Counted from the first letter of the stretch, positions 1 to 8,685 are shown. The stretch is DNA of 29,680 nt from Halalkalibacterium halodurans (GCF_004376175.1 NZ_SNUY01000055.1:1-29680); one strand, 5' to 3'. Notes: generated from the letters alone by a model not told the origin. A program made the numbers and translations.

Positions 1-687
1 GTGTCTGTCTCCCATCAAAGTATCCTTAACTACGAAAACAGCGTCGCATTATGGCTCAAGCCTTATATCGACTACTTTCCGTATGAGCTCTCGGATCAAT
101 TTTGTGGGGATGAAACGTACATCCGTGTCAATGGTCGTTGGCATTATCTGTTTTTCTTTTTTGATGCGGTAAAGAAAGTCATTCTTTCGTATCCTGTATC
201 ACCAAATCGAGATACGGCAACAGCGATACGAGCGATTGATGAAGTATTAGTGAAGCTGAAAGAGATTCCAGAAAATCTACAGTTTGTTGTAGATGGTAAT
301 CCAATCTATTTGTTAGCACAGCATTTCTTCGCAGAGAATCAAATATCGTTTGACGTCAAACAGGTCATCGGGCTAACAAATGAAGACGATGTTTCCAGAG
401 AGTATCGACCTCTCAAGCAAATCATTGAACGACTAAATCGCACGTTTAAAGGGAATTATCGTTCGACGCACGGCTTTGGTTCTGAACAGGGATCTGTTTC
501 TTTTGTGACATTGTTTGTGGCTTACTTTAACTTCTTGCGCCCACATTCTTCACTTGAAGGTAAAGTGCCAGTCACAATTCCAGAATTAGAAAAGCTACCA
601 ACCATGCCAGCGAGATGGACAACCCTTATTGGATTAGCTCAAGACTGGATTCAACAACAACAGTCAGCCGAACTTTTGTTTAGCTGA
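1..687 (+). CDS. IS6-family-like DDE transposase, 5' end cut by window edge
   Basis: Frame is open from nt 1, so the GTG at nt 1 is probably not the real start. GDETYIRVNGRWHYLFFFFDAV resembles the IS6/IS26 block DETY.KV.G.W.YLYRA.D. VVDGNPIY aligns with the second catalytic D region (NTDKAPAY in IS26) and IIERLNRTFKG with the E region. VSHQSILNYENSV looks like the end of the HTH. Stop TGA at 685-687. Confidence 0.7.
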   Translation: MSVSHQSILNYENSVALWLKPYIDYFPYELSDQFCGDETYIRVNGRWHYLFFFFDAVKKVILSYPVSPNRDTATAIRAIDEVLVKLKEIPENLQFVVDGNPIYLLAQHFFAENQISFDVKQVIGLTNEDDVSREYRPLKQIIERLNRTFKGNYRSTHGFGSEQGSVSFVTLFVAYFNFLRPHSSLEGKVPVTIPELEKLPTMPARWTTLIGLAQDWIQQQQSAELLFS

Positions 688-697
688 GCCCTATTCA

Positions 698-847
698 GCT
701 ATCGGCGAAGCGAACTCTTGACAAACCGAACTTGCCAATGGTTTAAAATGGAAAAAGTCAAGGGTTATTTGGCATGCCTACTTTTGTTCCCTTCGCCCTT
801 GATTGACCTCTGAATAAACCATTGGCGTGTTTGTCAAGAGCGATAGC
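698..847. repeat. 150-nt imperfect long hairpin / nested inverted repeat in the IS tail
   Basis: Four helices read directly from the sequence: 698-704/841-847 (gctatcg/cgatagc), 715-726/829-840 (ctcttgacaaac/gtttgtcaagag), 735-745/815-825 (ccaatggttta/taaaccattgg), 757-764/796-803 (gtcaaggg/cccttgat, one G-U). The apical loop contains the palindrome ggcatgcc (771-778). Confidence 0.6.
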
Positions 848-898
848 GCGGCCTTTCCACCTAATAAATGGTAGGTAGTATGAACCGTGCTAGTTTTT

Positions 899-920
899 CA
901 TAGAACTTTTGACACTACCC
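899..920. repeat. Candidate right terminal inverted repeat of the IS
   Basis: The reverse complement GGGTAGTGTCAAAAGTTCTATG resembles the IS6-family end GGTTCTGTTGCAAAGTT (GG..TGT..CAAAGTT). The resemblance is judged by eye only. Confidence 0.4.
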
Positions 921-963
921 ATGATTCATTCTCATTGAACGAGAACATTGGCCCTTCATTGTC

Positions 964-1650
964 CTATCTAGCGATTGTCATCGAACGTACCCGTGCAGCA
1001 CCGTGAGCTTGCAAAACAGTCGCAGCTTGACGAATGGTGGCTCCCGTTGTGTAAACGTCATCAACCAAAACAATGGAGCGACCTTTTACAACTTCAGCTT
1101 CTCCTTTTAACATAAACGGTGTGGTTCTTTGCTGAATTCGCTCGATTCGACTTTTTTTGCTCTGTTTTCTCCCTGGCTTTCTAGCGAGTACATCCTCGTA
1201 CGTGCACCATTTTGCCAACAAAGCTTCCACTTGGTTAAACCCTCGCTCGATTAGACGGTCTTTACTTAATGGAATCGGCACAATGACATCAAATTTAAAC
1301 TCTTTTTGATAAAGTTTTTTTAGCAATGGATGGAAAGCCTCTGCTAGCTTCACATCCCCACGGAATTTAAGTTGAGTTAAGACGTTTTTTAAAAAAGGAT
1401 TGTACTCGAAAAGAGCGCGGTTTTTTTCGATCGTCTGCATCTCAGGGAGCCAGCGTTTGCAATCTAGACAATGATCTCCCTCAACTGTTTTTTTCATCGA
1501 GCGTCCACATATAGAGCAAATGGGTTTTGAAATAGGCTGAAATTTGCCTTCACATTCTTGACAAATAACGTCGGCTTCACCTGAAAAGAACATGGTTGAC
1601 CAACTAACGTTTTCAAAAAACGGCTGATGGCAAATGAGACAGCGCGGCAT
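964..1650 (-). CDS. comFC: Competence protein ComFC (phosphoribosyltransferase-like, N-terminal Cys4 zinc-finger)
   Basis: CLICHQ...CQEC...CSICGR...CLDC zinc-ribbon motifs. C-terminal PRTase motif VLVDDVYTTGAT. The ATG lies 1 nt after the comFA stop. Confidence 0.9.
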   Translation of the reverse strand: MPRCLICHQPFFENVSWSTMFFSGEADVICQECEGKFQPISKPICSICGRSMKKTVEGDHCLDCKRWLPEMQTIEKNRALFEYNPFLKNVLTQLKFRGDVKLAEAFHPLLKKLYQKEFKFDVIVPIPLSKDRLIERGFNQVEALLAKWCTYEDVLARKPGRKQSKKSRIERIQQRTTPFMLKGEAEVVKGRSIVLVDDVYTTGATIRQAATVLQAHGAARVRSMTIAR

Positions 1651-1651
1651 G

Positions 1652-2980
1652 TTAAAACCCCTCCCGATTCATTTGTTGTAGCTGCTGTCTGCAACGCTTC
1701 ATTGCCTTCGAGACACCGTAATGAAAAAAAGCAATATCGCCAGTGGGATGTTGATGACTGCGCCCCACTCGGCCACTGATTTGCACGAGCGCAGCTTCTG
1801 AAAAAACCGAATGCTCTGCTCCAAGTACAGCCACTTGAACACGCGGTACCGTAACACCACGTTCAAGAATCGTCGTCGTCACGAGAAGCTTGGTCACTCC
1901 ATTACGAAAGCGAGTAACCTTTTCATGCCGATGTGGATCTTCCGCATGCACAGCATCATGAATGTAGCCAAGCTGTTTCAAGGCAACACTTACTTGTTCG
2001 AGAACTGGAATGGAAGGAACGAATAAAAACACAGGCTTACGGTGGTGCTTTTCAAGCCAAGCAACCAATTTAGATGGTAACTTCCGTCGCATAACCTTTT
2101 TTCGCCAATTTCCTACCCAAACAAAAGAGGGCAGTGGCAGTGGATGACCATGATATCGAGTCGATACTTTGGTGATTCTCCTATTTTTTTGCTCGAGCAA
2201 GGAGCGGGATGGGGTAGCGGAAAGATAAAGGATAGGAGCAAGAGGCCTGCGAGCTTCGTTCACACTTAGCTGAAGTGATTGATCACAAGAGAAAGGGAAA
2301 GCATCCACTTCGTCAACGATGACAAAATCAAAGGCTTTTTTAAAACGGAAGGTTTGATGGGTCGTGGCGATGACGAGCTGGGCGGGATGAAACACCGATG
2401 GACTATCACCATATAATGCGGTGATGGTTATAGATGGGAATGCTTGTTTGAACCTAGGATATAGCTCTTTTACGACGTCCACTCGCGGAGTCGCAAGTAA
2501 AATTCGTTCACCAGTAGCTAGCGATTGAGCCACTGCGTCAAACACAATTTCTGTCTTTCCAGATCCGCAAACAGCCCAGATAATGTGATCCTCTTTCTGT
2601 TTCCAGTACCGCACAGCTTGCAGTGAGGCGTGCCGCTGCCCATGCGAAAGCGTTCCTTTCCACTGCAAAACATTCGAATGCGAAGGAAATGCGTAAGGCT
2701 CCCCTTTCCAGCGAACGAGCTTTCGACAAGCGGTCACCCGACCGAGCATGAGACAGTTGCGGCAATAAATACAATGACTGTTCCCGCACCAAGCGCAAGG
2801 GGCGGTGGCAAATAACTCACGATGTTCGTTGCAACAGCGCCTGCAATGATAGCGTCCATTTTCTGTGATGATAGAAGGTTCCGTGATTACGTCTTTGTTT
2901 GTAAGGAATTCAGAGGGGACTTCTGATTCAAGAAGAAGGCGACCTGCGAGGAAAGCTTGCGGGGTAACTTGTTCAGTCAA
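1652..2980 (-). CDS. comFA: Competence helicase/translocase ComFA (DEAD-box-like, N-terminal zinc-finger)
   Basis: Cys-rich N-terminus (CRRCC..CAWCG..CIYCRNC), Walker A CGSGKT, DEVD box, SAT motif, helicase C domain (TTILERGVT, GRVGR). TTG start at 2980 preceded by AAGGAGGA with a 6-nt spacer. A TACAAT -10-like hexamer lies at 3001-3006 (minus) with a poor -35, compatible with an activator-dependent promoter. Confidence 0.9.
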   Translation of the reverse strand: MTEQVTPQAFLAGRLLLESEVPSEFLTNKDVITEPSIITENGRYHCRRCCNEHRELFATAPCAWCGNSHCIYCRNCLMLGRVTACRKLVRWKGEPYAFPSHSNVLQWKGTLSHGQRHASLQAVRYWKQKEDHIIWAVCGSGKTEIVFDAVAQSLATGERILLATPRVDVVKELYPRFKQAFPSITITALYGDSPSVFHPAQLVIATTHQTFRFKKAFDFVIVDEVDAFPFSCDQSLQLSVNEARRPLAPILYLSATPSRSLLEQKNRRITKVSTRYHGHPLPLPSFVWVGNWRKKVMRRKLPSKLVAWLEKHHRKPVFLFVPSIPVLEQVSVALKQLGYIHDAVHAEDPHRHEKVTRFRNGVTKLLVTTTILERGVTVPRVQVAVLGAEHSVFSEAALVQISGRVGRSHQHPTGDIAFFHYGVSKAMKRCRQQLQQMNREGF

Positions 2981-3023
2981 TCAAAATCCTCCTTTTTCTC
3001 ATTGTAACGAATGGTGGAAAATA

Positions 3024-3066
3024 AAAAACACTCCCACCTTGTGTGATGACTGAGTGGGAGTGTTTT
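3024..3066 (-). terminator. Intrinsic terminator downstream of degV
   Basis: 11-bp stem 3027-3037/3054-3064 (aacactcccac/gtgggagtgtt), followed on the minus strand by a T-run. Confidence 0.7.
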
Positions 3067-3071
3067 CTACG

Positions 3072-3926
3072 TTATTTTTCAATATACCAAGATAGCCCTA
3101 TACTACCTTCACCGAGGTGGGTACCGATCACTGGTCCGAAATGGCTAATGCTTACATCTACATGGGAAAATTGACTTCTGATCTCATCCGCCAGCTTTTC
3201 TGCTCCGTCCAATCGATTCGCATGAATAACAGTCGCTTTAACTGATGAGGCAGAAGACGCTTCTTCAGTAAATAGTTCTTTCACTCTTGCCCATGCTTTT
3301 TTCTCAGTGCGTACTTTTTCTAGCGGCACGATAGAACCGTCTTCGAAGTGAAGAATTGGCTTGATTTTTAACAAGCTCCCAACAACGAGCTGGGCTGCAT
3401 TTAATCGACCACCGCGATGAAGATGGCTTAAATCATGCACAACGAATAGCGCATTCGTCCGTTTCTTCACCTCATCTAAATGGTCGATGATCGTTTGTGG
3501 ATCTGCTCCTTCTTTCACGAGCTTGGCTGCCTCTGCGACAAAATTGGCTTGAGGCTCGCAGCTAATACCAGAATCATAGCCGATAACCTCGATGCCTTCT
3601 ACCATGCTTCCTGCCGTTAAAGCGGATTGATACGTTCCACTAATTTTACTGGAAAGATGAATCGAAATAACGACTTCAAACCCTTCTTTCGCCAGCCGTT
3701 CAAACGTCTCAACAAATAGACCAACAGCTGGTTGGGAAGTGGTTGGAAGCTTTTCCTCATGCTTCAGCTTTTCATAGAAGTCCGCGCTTGATAGCTCCAC
3801 TTCCTCTTGGTAAGCTTCTTCACCAAAGACAACGCTAAGCGGAACGACGATGACTCCTAATTCTTTTGCTCTTTTTGGGCCTAAATAGGCTGTACTATCC
3901 GTTACAATCGCTATTTTTGTCATCAC
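3072..3926 (-). CDS. degV: DegV-family fatty-acid-binding protein (YviA-like)
   Basis: KIAIVTDSTAYL N-terminus, TSQP motif, length and position next to degU as in B. subtilis. SD GAGGA lies 6 nt before the ATG. Confidence 0.9.
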   Translation of the reverse strand: MMTKIAIVTDSTAYLGPKRAKELGVIVVPLSVVFGEEAYQEEVELSSADFYEKLKHEEKLPTTSQPAVGLFVETFERLAKEGFEVVISIHLSSKISGTYQSALTAGSMVEGIEVIGYDSGISCEPQANFVAEAAKLVKEGADPQTIIDHLDEVKKRTNALFVVHDLSHLHRGGRLNAAQLVVGSLLKIKPILHFEDGSIVPLEKVRTEKKAWARVKELFTEEASSASSVKATVIHANRLDGAEKLADEIRSQFSHVDVSISHFGPVIGTHLGEGSIGLSWYIEK

Positions 3927-4061
3927 GAATCCTCACTTTATCGATTCTCTGACCGCTCCTAGCCCTAGATAAAAATGTAGGGGGGGCGATCTTGTCTTTT
4001 TTACTGTACCTTTAATTGAAAGACCTTTCAAGAGGGCGTAATGAAGCGATCGCTTTTTGGA

Positions 4062-4772
4062 TTAACGTACCTTTACCCAACCGTTTTTGATCGATTCTAC
4101 TACCGCTTGTGTTCGATCGTTTACATTCATCTTTTGCAAAATATTTGAAACATGATTTTTGACTGTTTTCTCACTAATGTATAGAGCTTCACCAATCATT
4201 CGGTTGCTATAACCGTCAGTCATGAGCTGTAGCACTTCACATTCACGACGAGTTAAAATGTGCAACGGCTTGCGATATTCGACTTCTTTAAAGCCGATTT
4301 CAGAGCTTTCTTGTTCATCTTCATTTACCAGACGACGGTATTCCTTGATGAGATTATGTGTCACCTTCGGATGAATGTACGCCCCGCCTTGCGCTACGAC
4401 TTTTACTGCTTCAATTAGAGCGTCGGCGTCCATTTCTTTTAATAGATAACCGGAAGCTCCCGTTTTTAATACATGAGTGACATAGGACTCATCGTCGTGA
4501 ATCGAGAGAACCAATACCTTTACGTCAGGGTACCTTTGAATTAAATCTCTTGTCGCTTCAACACCATTCACCTTTGGCATGTTAATATCCATAAGGATGA
4601 CATCTGGATTATATGTTTCTACTAGTTCAACAGCGTTTTCGCCGTCTTCTCCATCAGCCACAACCTCAAATTCTGGCTCCATGGCTAGGATCCGTTTAAC
4701 CCCTTCACGGAATAGTTGATGGTCATCAATGATGACAATTTGAATTTTGTTTTCGTTTACTTGCTCGTTCAA
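4062..4772 (-). CDS. degU: Two-component response regulator DegU (NarL/LuxR family)
   Basis: Near-identical blocks to B. subtilis DegU: [70 protein letters not shown] start with GGAGGGTG SD. Confidence 0.95.
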   Translation of the reverse strand: MNEQVNENKIQIVIIDDHQLFREGVKRILAMEPEFEVVADGEDGENAVELVETYNPDVILMDINMPKVNGVEATRDLIQRYPDVKVLVLSIHDDESYVTHVLKTGASGYLLKEMDADALIEAVKVVAQGGAYIHPKVTHNLIKEYRRLVNEDEQESSEIGFKEVEYRKPLHILTRRECEVLQLMTDGYSNRMIGEALYISEKTVKNHVSNILQKMNVNDRTQAVVESIKNGWVKVR

Positions 4773-4806
4773 TTAAATCACCCTCCAATTTTTGCACCTA
4801 CGCAGT

Positions 4807-5952
4807 CTATTCTTCGGTTGTGATAGGAATGGAAATGATGATCGTTGTTCCATCGTTTGGCTTCGTTCGAATGACAAGCTGGCCTTTCAACATGTTGACC
4901 CTCTCTTTCATTCCAACTAAACCAAATGACCCTTCCTTTTTCTCGGTTTGATCGAATCCTTTTCCATTATCTTTTATCACGACAGTGAATTTCGTTTTCT
5001 GCTCTTCAATTTTCACATGGACATGTGAAGCTTTTGCATGCTTTCGTGCGTTTTGTAACGCTTCCTGAACAAGGCGAAATAGTGCGATCTCCACATGCTC
5101 TGGGAAGCGCTCTCCTTTTCCTATGTGTTTAAAATCAACAAATATTCCCGTATGTTCTTCAAAGGTTTTTACATACTTCTTCAATGTTGGAATGAGTCCA
5201 AGGTCATCAAGGGCCATCGGCCGTAAATCATAGATAATTCGCCGGACTTCAGCAAGAGAAGACTTCACCATCTTGCGCAAATCACGAATTTCCTTTAACG
5301 CTTCATCAATGCCTTTGTCGTGATAAATGCGCTCAACCAGTTCTGAGCGCAATAGAACATTCGCCATCATTTGAGCAGGTCCGTCATGAATTTCCCGGGA
5401 AAGCTTTCGACGTTCTTCCTCTTGAGCCTGAATAATTTGTAGACCAAACGCCTGCTTTTCCCTTGCATCCTCAAGTGCTTCTCCAACTTGACGAAGATCT
5501 CCTGTAAGAAAGTTGTAGACAACGGTCATCTGCCCAACTAATTCTTCCGCACGCTCGATGGTATCTTTTAGATTCAACAATCGGCGTTCAATTGCATCTC
5601 TTCGATCCCGAAGCTGCTGTTCTTCTTGCTGGAGCAATGCTAGCTTCACTTGGAGCTCATTGGCTTGCTCGTACACTTTACGTATCTCTTCATTTGAATA
5701 TCTATGAAATTGCTTACTCACTTCAGCCAATCGATTGCGTGCAAATCGAGCGTGTACTTCCGCCCGGTCCGATTGGTCTATAATCTCTGCAACTTTCATG
5801 CGGACTTCTTGCAGTTCTTGTTCTAGAGAGACGTACTCATTTCTAGATTGCTCACTAATTTCAAAGATCTGTTCTCTACTTTTCCCTAAAGTATCTAGCG
5901 TTTTATCAATAATCTTATCTAATGTTTGAGGATCAGCCACTTGAACCACCAA
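4807..5952 (-). CDS. degS: Sensor histidine kinase DegS (cytoplasmic, HisKA_3/HATPase)
   Basis: SREIHDGPAQ H-box, RRIIYDLRPMALDDLGLIPTL, DNGKGF, GLVGMKERV. Co-linear with B. subtilis DegS. The start is ambiguous: TTG at 5952 or GTG at 5940. Confidence 0.93.
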   Translation of the reverse strand: MVVQVADPQTLDKIIDKTLDTLGKSREQIFEISEQSRNEYVSLEQELQEVRMKVAEIIDQSDRAEVHARFARNRLAEVSKQFHRYSNEEIRKVYEQANELQVKLALLQQEEQQLRDRRDAIERRLLNLKDTIERAEELVGQMTVVYNFLTGDLRQVGEALEDAREKQAFGLQIIQAQEEERRKLSREIHDGPAQMMANVLLRSELVERIYHDKGIDEALKEIRDLRKMVKSSLAEVRRIIYDLRPMALDDLGLIPTLKKYVKTFEEHTGIFVDFKHIGKGERFPEHVEIALFRLVQEALQNARKHAKASHVHVKIEEQKTKFTVVIKDNGKGFDQTEKKEGSFGLVGMKERVNMLKGQLVIRTKPNDGTTIIISIPITTEE

Positions 5953-6306
5953 CCTTTAAAAGGCATGGAGATGAAAAAGGCATTCGTTTTCCCATGTTAT
6001 CTTTCGCGAGCAAGAAAAAAATTCCCTTCTTTTTTTCTCATTTTTATAAATGAATCCTTCGACATCCACGAATTTGCCTAAGCCTACGGATTTCGCTATC
6101 ATTAAGTTTACACGAATGACACGATAATAGGTAATGGTCACCATGCAAAATCGTCCACTTTTCTTATGGCGTCCCGCTTGCCTTTTAGTCACCTAAAGAT
6201 AGTATAGTCTATTTACACTATCAAATGAACAGCTTCAGCTTATCACGACAATATTACACCATTATTTCTGCCATTTGTAAAACTGTGAAATTTGGAGGAG
6301 ATTCTG

Positions 6307-6948
6307 ATGCTAACATCTTATTATACAGTGAAGGAATCAGGAATACACGAAATTTCGATCCAAAAGTCTAGGTTTATCGCTCATCTTTCAAGAGCAACCT
6401 CTGAAGAGGAAGCCATCCAATTCATCGAACAAATTAAAAAAGAGCACTGGAATGCGACTCACAATTGCTCTGCTTATTTAATTGGCGAGAACGATCAAGT
6501 CCAAAAAGCAAACGATGATGGAGAACCGAGCGGTACAGCCGGAGTACCTATGCTAGAAGTATTAAAAAAGCGCCGGTTAAAAGATACGGTCGCTGTCGTC
6601 ACACGTTATTTTGGCGGGGTTAAATTAGGGGCTGGTGGTCTCATTCGTGCATATGGTTCTGCAGTAAGTGAAGGTCTAAATGCCATTGGGGTCGTCGAGC
6701 GGAAACGAATGCAAGTAATCCATACGAGCATTGACTATCATTGGCTTGGAAAAGTTGAAAACGAGCTTAGACAATCTCACTATCTATTAAAAGAAATTAG
6801 TTACCTAGAAAATGTAGACGTTCAAACATATGTACTTGAAGCAGAGGTTGAATCCTATTGCGAATGGATGACGAACCTGACAAACGGACAGGCAGCATTT
6901 ACCCATGGAGCTGTTGAATATTTAGAGGAAGACGTCCCGAATCCTTAG
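6307..6948 (+). CDS. yvyE: IMPACT/YigZ-family protein (YvyE-like)
   Basis: KSRF.A, NATHNCSAY, DDGEPSGTAG.P, VVTRYFGG.KLG motifs. The ORF track starts at 6292, but GGAGGAG at 6295-6301 is a good SD for the ATG at 6307. Confidence 0.85.
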   Translation: MLTSYYTVKESGIHEISIQKSRFIAHLSRATSEEEAIQFIEQIKKEHWNATHNCSAYLIGENDQVQKANDDGEPSGTAGVPMLEVLKKRRLKDTVAVVTRYFGGVKLGAGGLIRAYGSAVSEGLNAIGVVERKRMQVIHTSIDYHWLGKVENELRQSHYLLKEISYLENVDVQTYVLEAEVESYCEWMTNLTNGQAAFTHGAVEYLEEDVPNP

Positions 6949-7010
6949 AAAAACTTCACTTGTCGCCAACGGGGACTTATGGCTTATCTCTTACAATGAT
7001 AAGAAAGGTT

Positions 7011-7045
7011 AAACAGGCTGATCACAATCGATGATCAGCCTGTTT
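7011..7045. terminator. Bidirectional terminator-like hairpin between convergent yvyE and pcp
   Basis: Perfect 14-bp stem 7011-7024/7032-7045 (aaacaggctgatca/tgatcagcctgttt) with a 7-nt loop. The T/A tracts are short, only 3 nt on each side. Confidence 0.65.
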
Positions 7046-7046
7046 C

Positions 7047-7652
7047 CTACAACTCTTTGATCATAAGTGTAACCGCACGAGTGAGCTCCTTTAGATCCAT
7101 AGAAGGAAGCGAGTGGTGCTGTGCGGCTAATTCCTTGCTGGCCGGCACATGGACAAAGCCTGCAGCCACTTGTTCGCTCCCTTTTTCATGCAAATAATCA
7201 AGCATTTGATACATGACATGGTTGCATACGTACGTCCCTGCTGAGTTGGAAATTTCCGCAGGGAAGCCCTCTTCATTTAATCGCTGAATAAGCCGACGAA
7301 CTGGCAAGGTTGAAAAATAAGCAGCGGGGCCTCCCTGGCGGATCGGTTCATCGACAGGAGCGATCCCGTCGCGATCCTCGGGGCCACTATTAATGTTGAT
7401 CGCTACCCGCTCTGGCGTGATCTTGCTTCGTCCAGCAGCCAATCCGAGCATGACCACTGCAGTCGGCTGTACGGTCTGAAAATGGTGCAGTAGCAAGTCC
7501 CCACTCTCCCGAAATGAGACAGGTAGGATGGCCCCTCTCACTTCGTATTCTCCAATTTTTCTTCCGTCCAATTCCTTCACAATGGCTTCTGTCGGATTGA
7601 TAGAATAATCGAGAAATGGTTGAAAGCCTGTCAAAAGGATTATGTTACCCAT
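7047..7652 (-). CDS. pcp: Pyrrolidone-carboxylate (pyroglutamyl) peptidase I
   Basis: ILLTGF.PF, NP. motif, AGTYVCN catalytic Cys motif, GFVHVP His motif. The ATG lies 3 nt after the sigma-gene stop, and an AAGGAG SD sits inside the sigma 3' end. Confidence 0.9.
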   Translation of the reverse strand: MGNIILLTGFQPFLDYSINPTEAIVKELDGRKIGEYEVRGAILPVSFRESGDLLLHHFQTVQPTAVVMLGLAAGRSKITPERVAININSGPEDRDGIAPVDEPIRQGGPAAYFSTLPVRRLIQRLNEEGFPAEISNSAGTYVCNHVMYQMLDYLHEKGSEQVAAGFVHVPASKELAAQHHSLPSMDLKELTRAVTLMIKEL

Positions 7653-7655
7653 CTA

Positions 7656-8612
7656 TTATTCTCCTTCGTCTAAAGAATGGCGCCAATGCACAGCCGCTTT
7701 ATCTAGCTGCACTTGAAGTTGCAGCTCCTTTGCTGCTTCTATAAGGAATTCCTTACGAAAATAGTAGCTCTTATGGTAGACAATTTTTCCGTTTTCAATC
7801 TCTTGAAACTGAATATCGTGAATGAGTGGGCCAGCTTCACGATCGACTAACACCACAAGGACTGGTTTTCCCCAAAGGAAAAAGGGCACAGCTCGGAAGC
7901 CTGGAAGGCCGTGCTGCATCGACCCTTTCTTCATTTCTTCCTTCGAATATTCTTGGAATCCAAGGGAAGCATCGATATGGACATCATCACTCATCAAATC
8001 AAATAATTGGCTAAGATCCCCTGCATTAAATGCTTCCACATATTGTTGAATCACTTCGCTTTGCTCAGGCAATGGCCGCCCATTGGAAGAAAGCTCCTCT
8101 AGAGAGGCGGTTTCCTTTAATTTTTTTCGTACGCGACTTGATGTGGCGTATACTCCGTTCGGCGTGGACCGCACCATACTCGCCACTTCTTCCGCTGTAA
8201 AGGCAAATACATCTTTTAATAGAAAAACAGCGACCTGCCTAGGGGGAAAGAGGGTGAAAAGCCGAGTAAATGCTTGCTCAAGCTCTAAATCGTACGAAAA
8301 CTCCTCAACTGGGTCTTCCATCTCATCCACAGTACCGACAATCCGCTTCGCCTTGCGACACTGATCGATCCACGTATTGGTCGCAATTCGAAATAAATAG
8401 GCTTTCGGATTTGTTGGTTGCCACCGTTGATATAAGCTACCAAACGCCTTCACCAACGCCTCTTGATAAAGATCTTCCCCGTCCCATGGCGACCCAGTCA
8501 AATAACGACAAAACCGCCATAAATCAGATCCCACATCCTCTACAAGCTGTTGATACACTTCTTGTAGCTCTCTTGACTTTTCGATTAACTCACCCGTTTT
8601 CTCAAAACCCAA
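7656..8612 (-). CDS. ECF-type sigma-70 factor with fused C-terminal SnoaL/NTF2-like domain
   Basis: Region 2 (DGEDLYQEALVKAF, YLFRIATNTWIDQCRK) and region 4 HTH (RQVAVFLLKDVFAFTAEEVASMVRSTPNGVYATSSRVRKKL). About 130 extra C-terminal residues begin VIQQYVEAFNAGDLSQLFDLMSDDV, typical of SnoaL-like folds. TTG start with GAGGAGGTG SD. Confidence 0.8.
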   Translation of the reverse strand: MGFEKTGELIEKSRELQEVYQQLVEDVGSDLWRFCRYLTGSPWDGEDLYQEALVKAFGSLYQRWQPTNPKAYLFRIATNTWIDQCRKAKRIVGTVDEMEDPVEEFSYDLELEQAFTRLFTLFPPRQVAVFLLKDVFAFTAEEVASMVRSTPNGVYATSSRVRKKLKETASLEELSSNGRPLPEQSEVIQQYVEAFNAGDLSQLFDLMSDDVHIDASLGFQEYSKEEMKKGSMQHGLPGFRAVPFFLWGKPVLVVLVDREAGPLIHDIQFQEIENGKIVYHKSYYFRKEFLIEAAKELQLQVQLDKAAVHWRHSLDEGE

Positions 8613-8685
8613 TCGAACACCTCCTCACCGATTAGACCCGTTATAAATAAGGATCATTCAATAAACGTATTAACCGTTAAGAACC

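Larger units (their letters stand above)
1..920 (+). mobile_element. Right-hand part of an IS6-like insertion sequence (transposase, 230-nt non-coding tail, terminal inverted repeat)
   Basis: Transposase ORF plus a candidate terminal IR at 899-920. The left end lies outside the window, so target-site duplication cannot be checked. Confidence 0.5.

Noticed and set aside
2981-3071. ComK-box (AAAA-N5-TTTT pairs) upstream of comFA
   Set aside because: A-tracts and T-tracts are present, but they belong to the degV terminator and do not form the phased double dyad. I note only a -10-like TACAAT.
5956-6192. 78-aa minus-strand ORF filling the degS-yvyE intergenic region
   Set aside because: It has a GTG start with no Shine-Dalgarno sequence and an odd composition. 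It occupies the divergent promoter region, which is non-coding in the B. subtilis arrangement, so it is probably a chance ORF.
6292-6306. TTG start of yvyE given by the ORF track
   Set aside because: The first codons are themselves the SD (GGAGGAG) for the ATG at 6307.
8083-8635. 93-aa and 121-aa plus-strand ORFs antisense to the sigma-factor gene. Similar antisense ORFs occur at 21873-22226, 16248-16535, 14524-14757, 2538-2815 and elsewhere
   Set aside because: All lie wholly inside well-supported genes on the opposite strand. They have low-complexity, unrecognisable sequences and no SD. They are typical shadow ORFs.
8613-8685. Possible autoregulatory ECF-type promoter upstream of the sigma gene
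   Set aside because: I found no convincing -35 (GGAAC, TGAAAC or TGTCACA) paired with a CGTC-type -10 at the correct spacing. There are only weak partial matches, such as TGAATG...CGGGTC.
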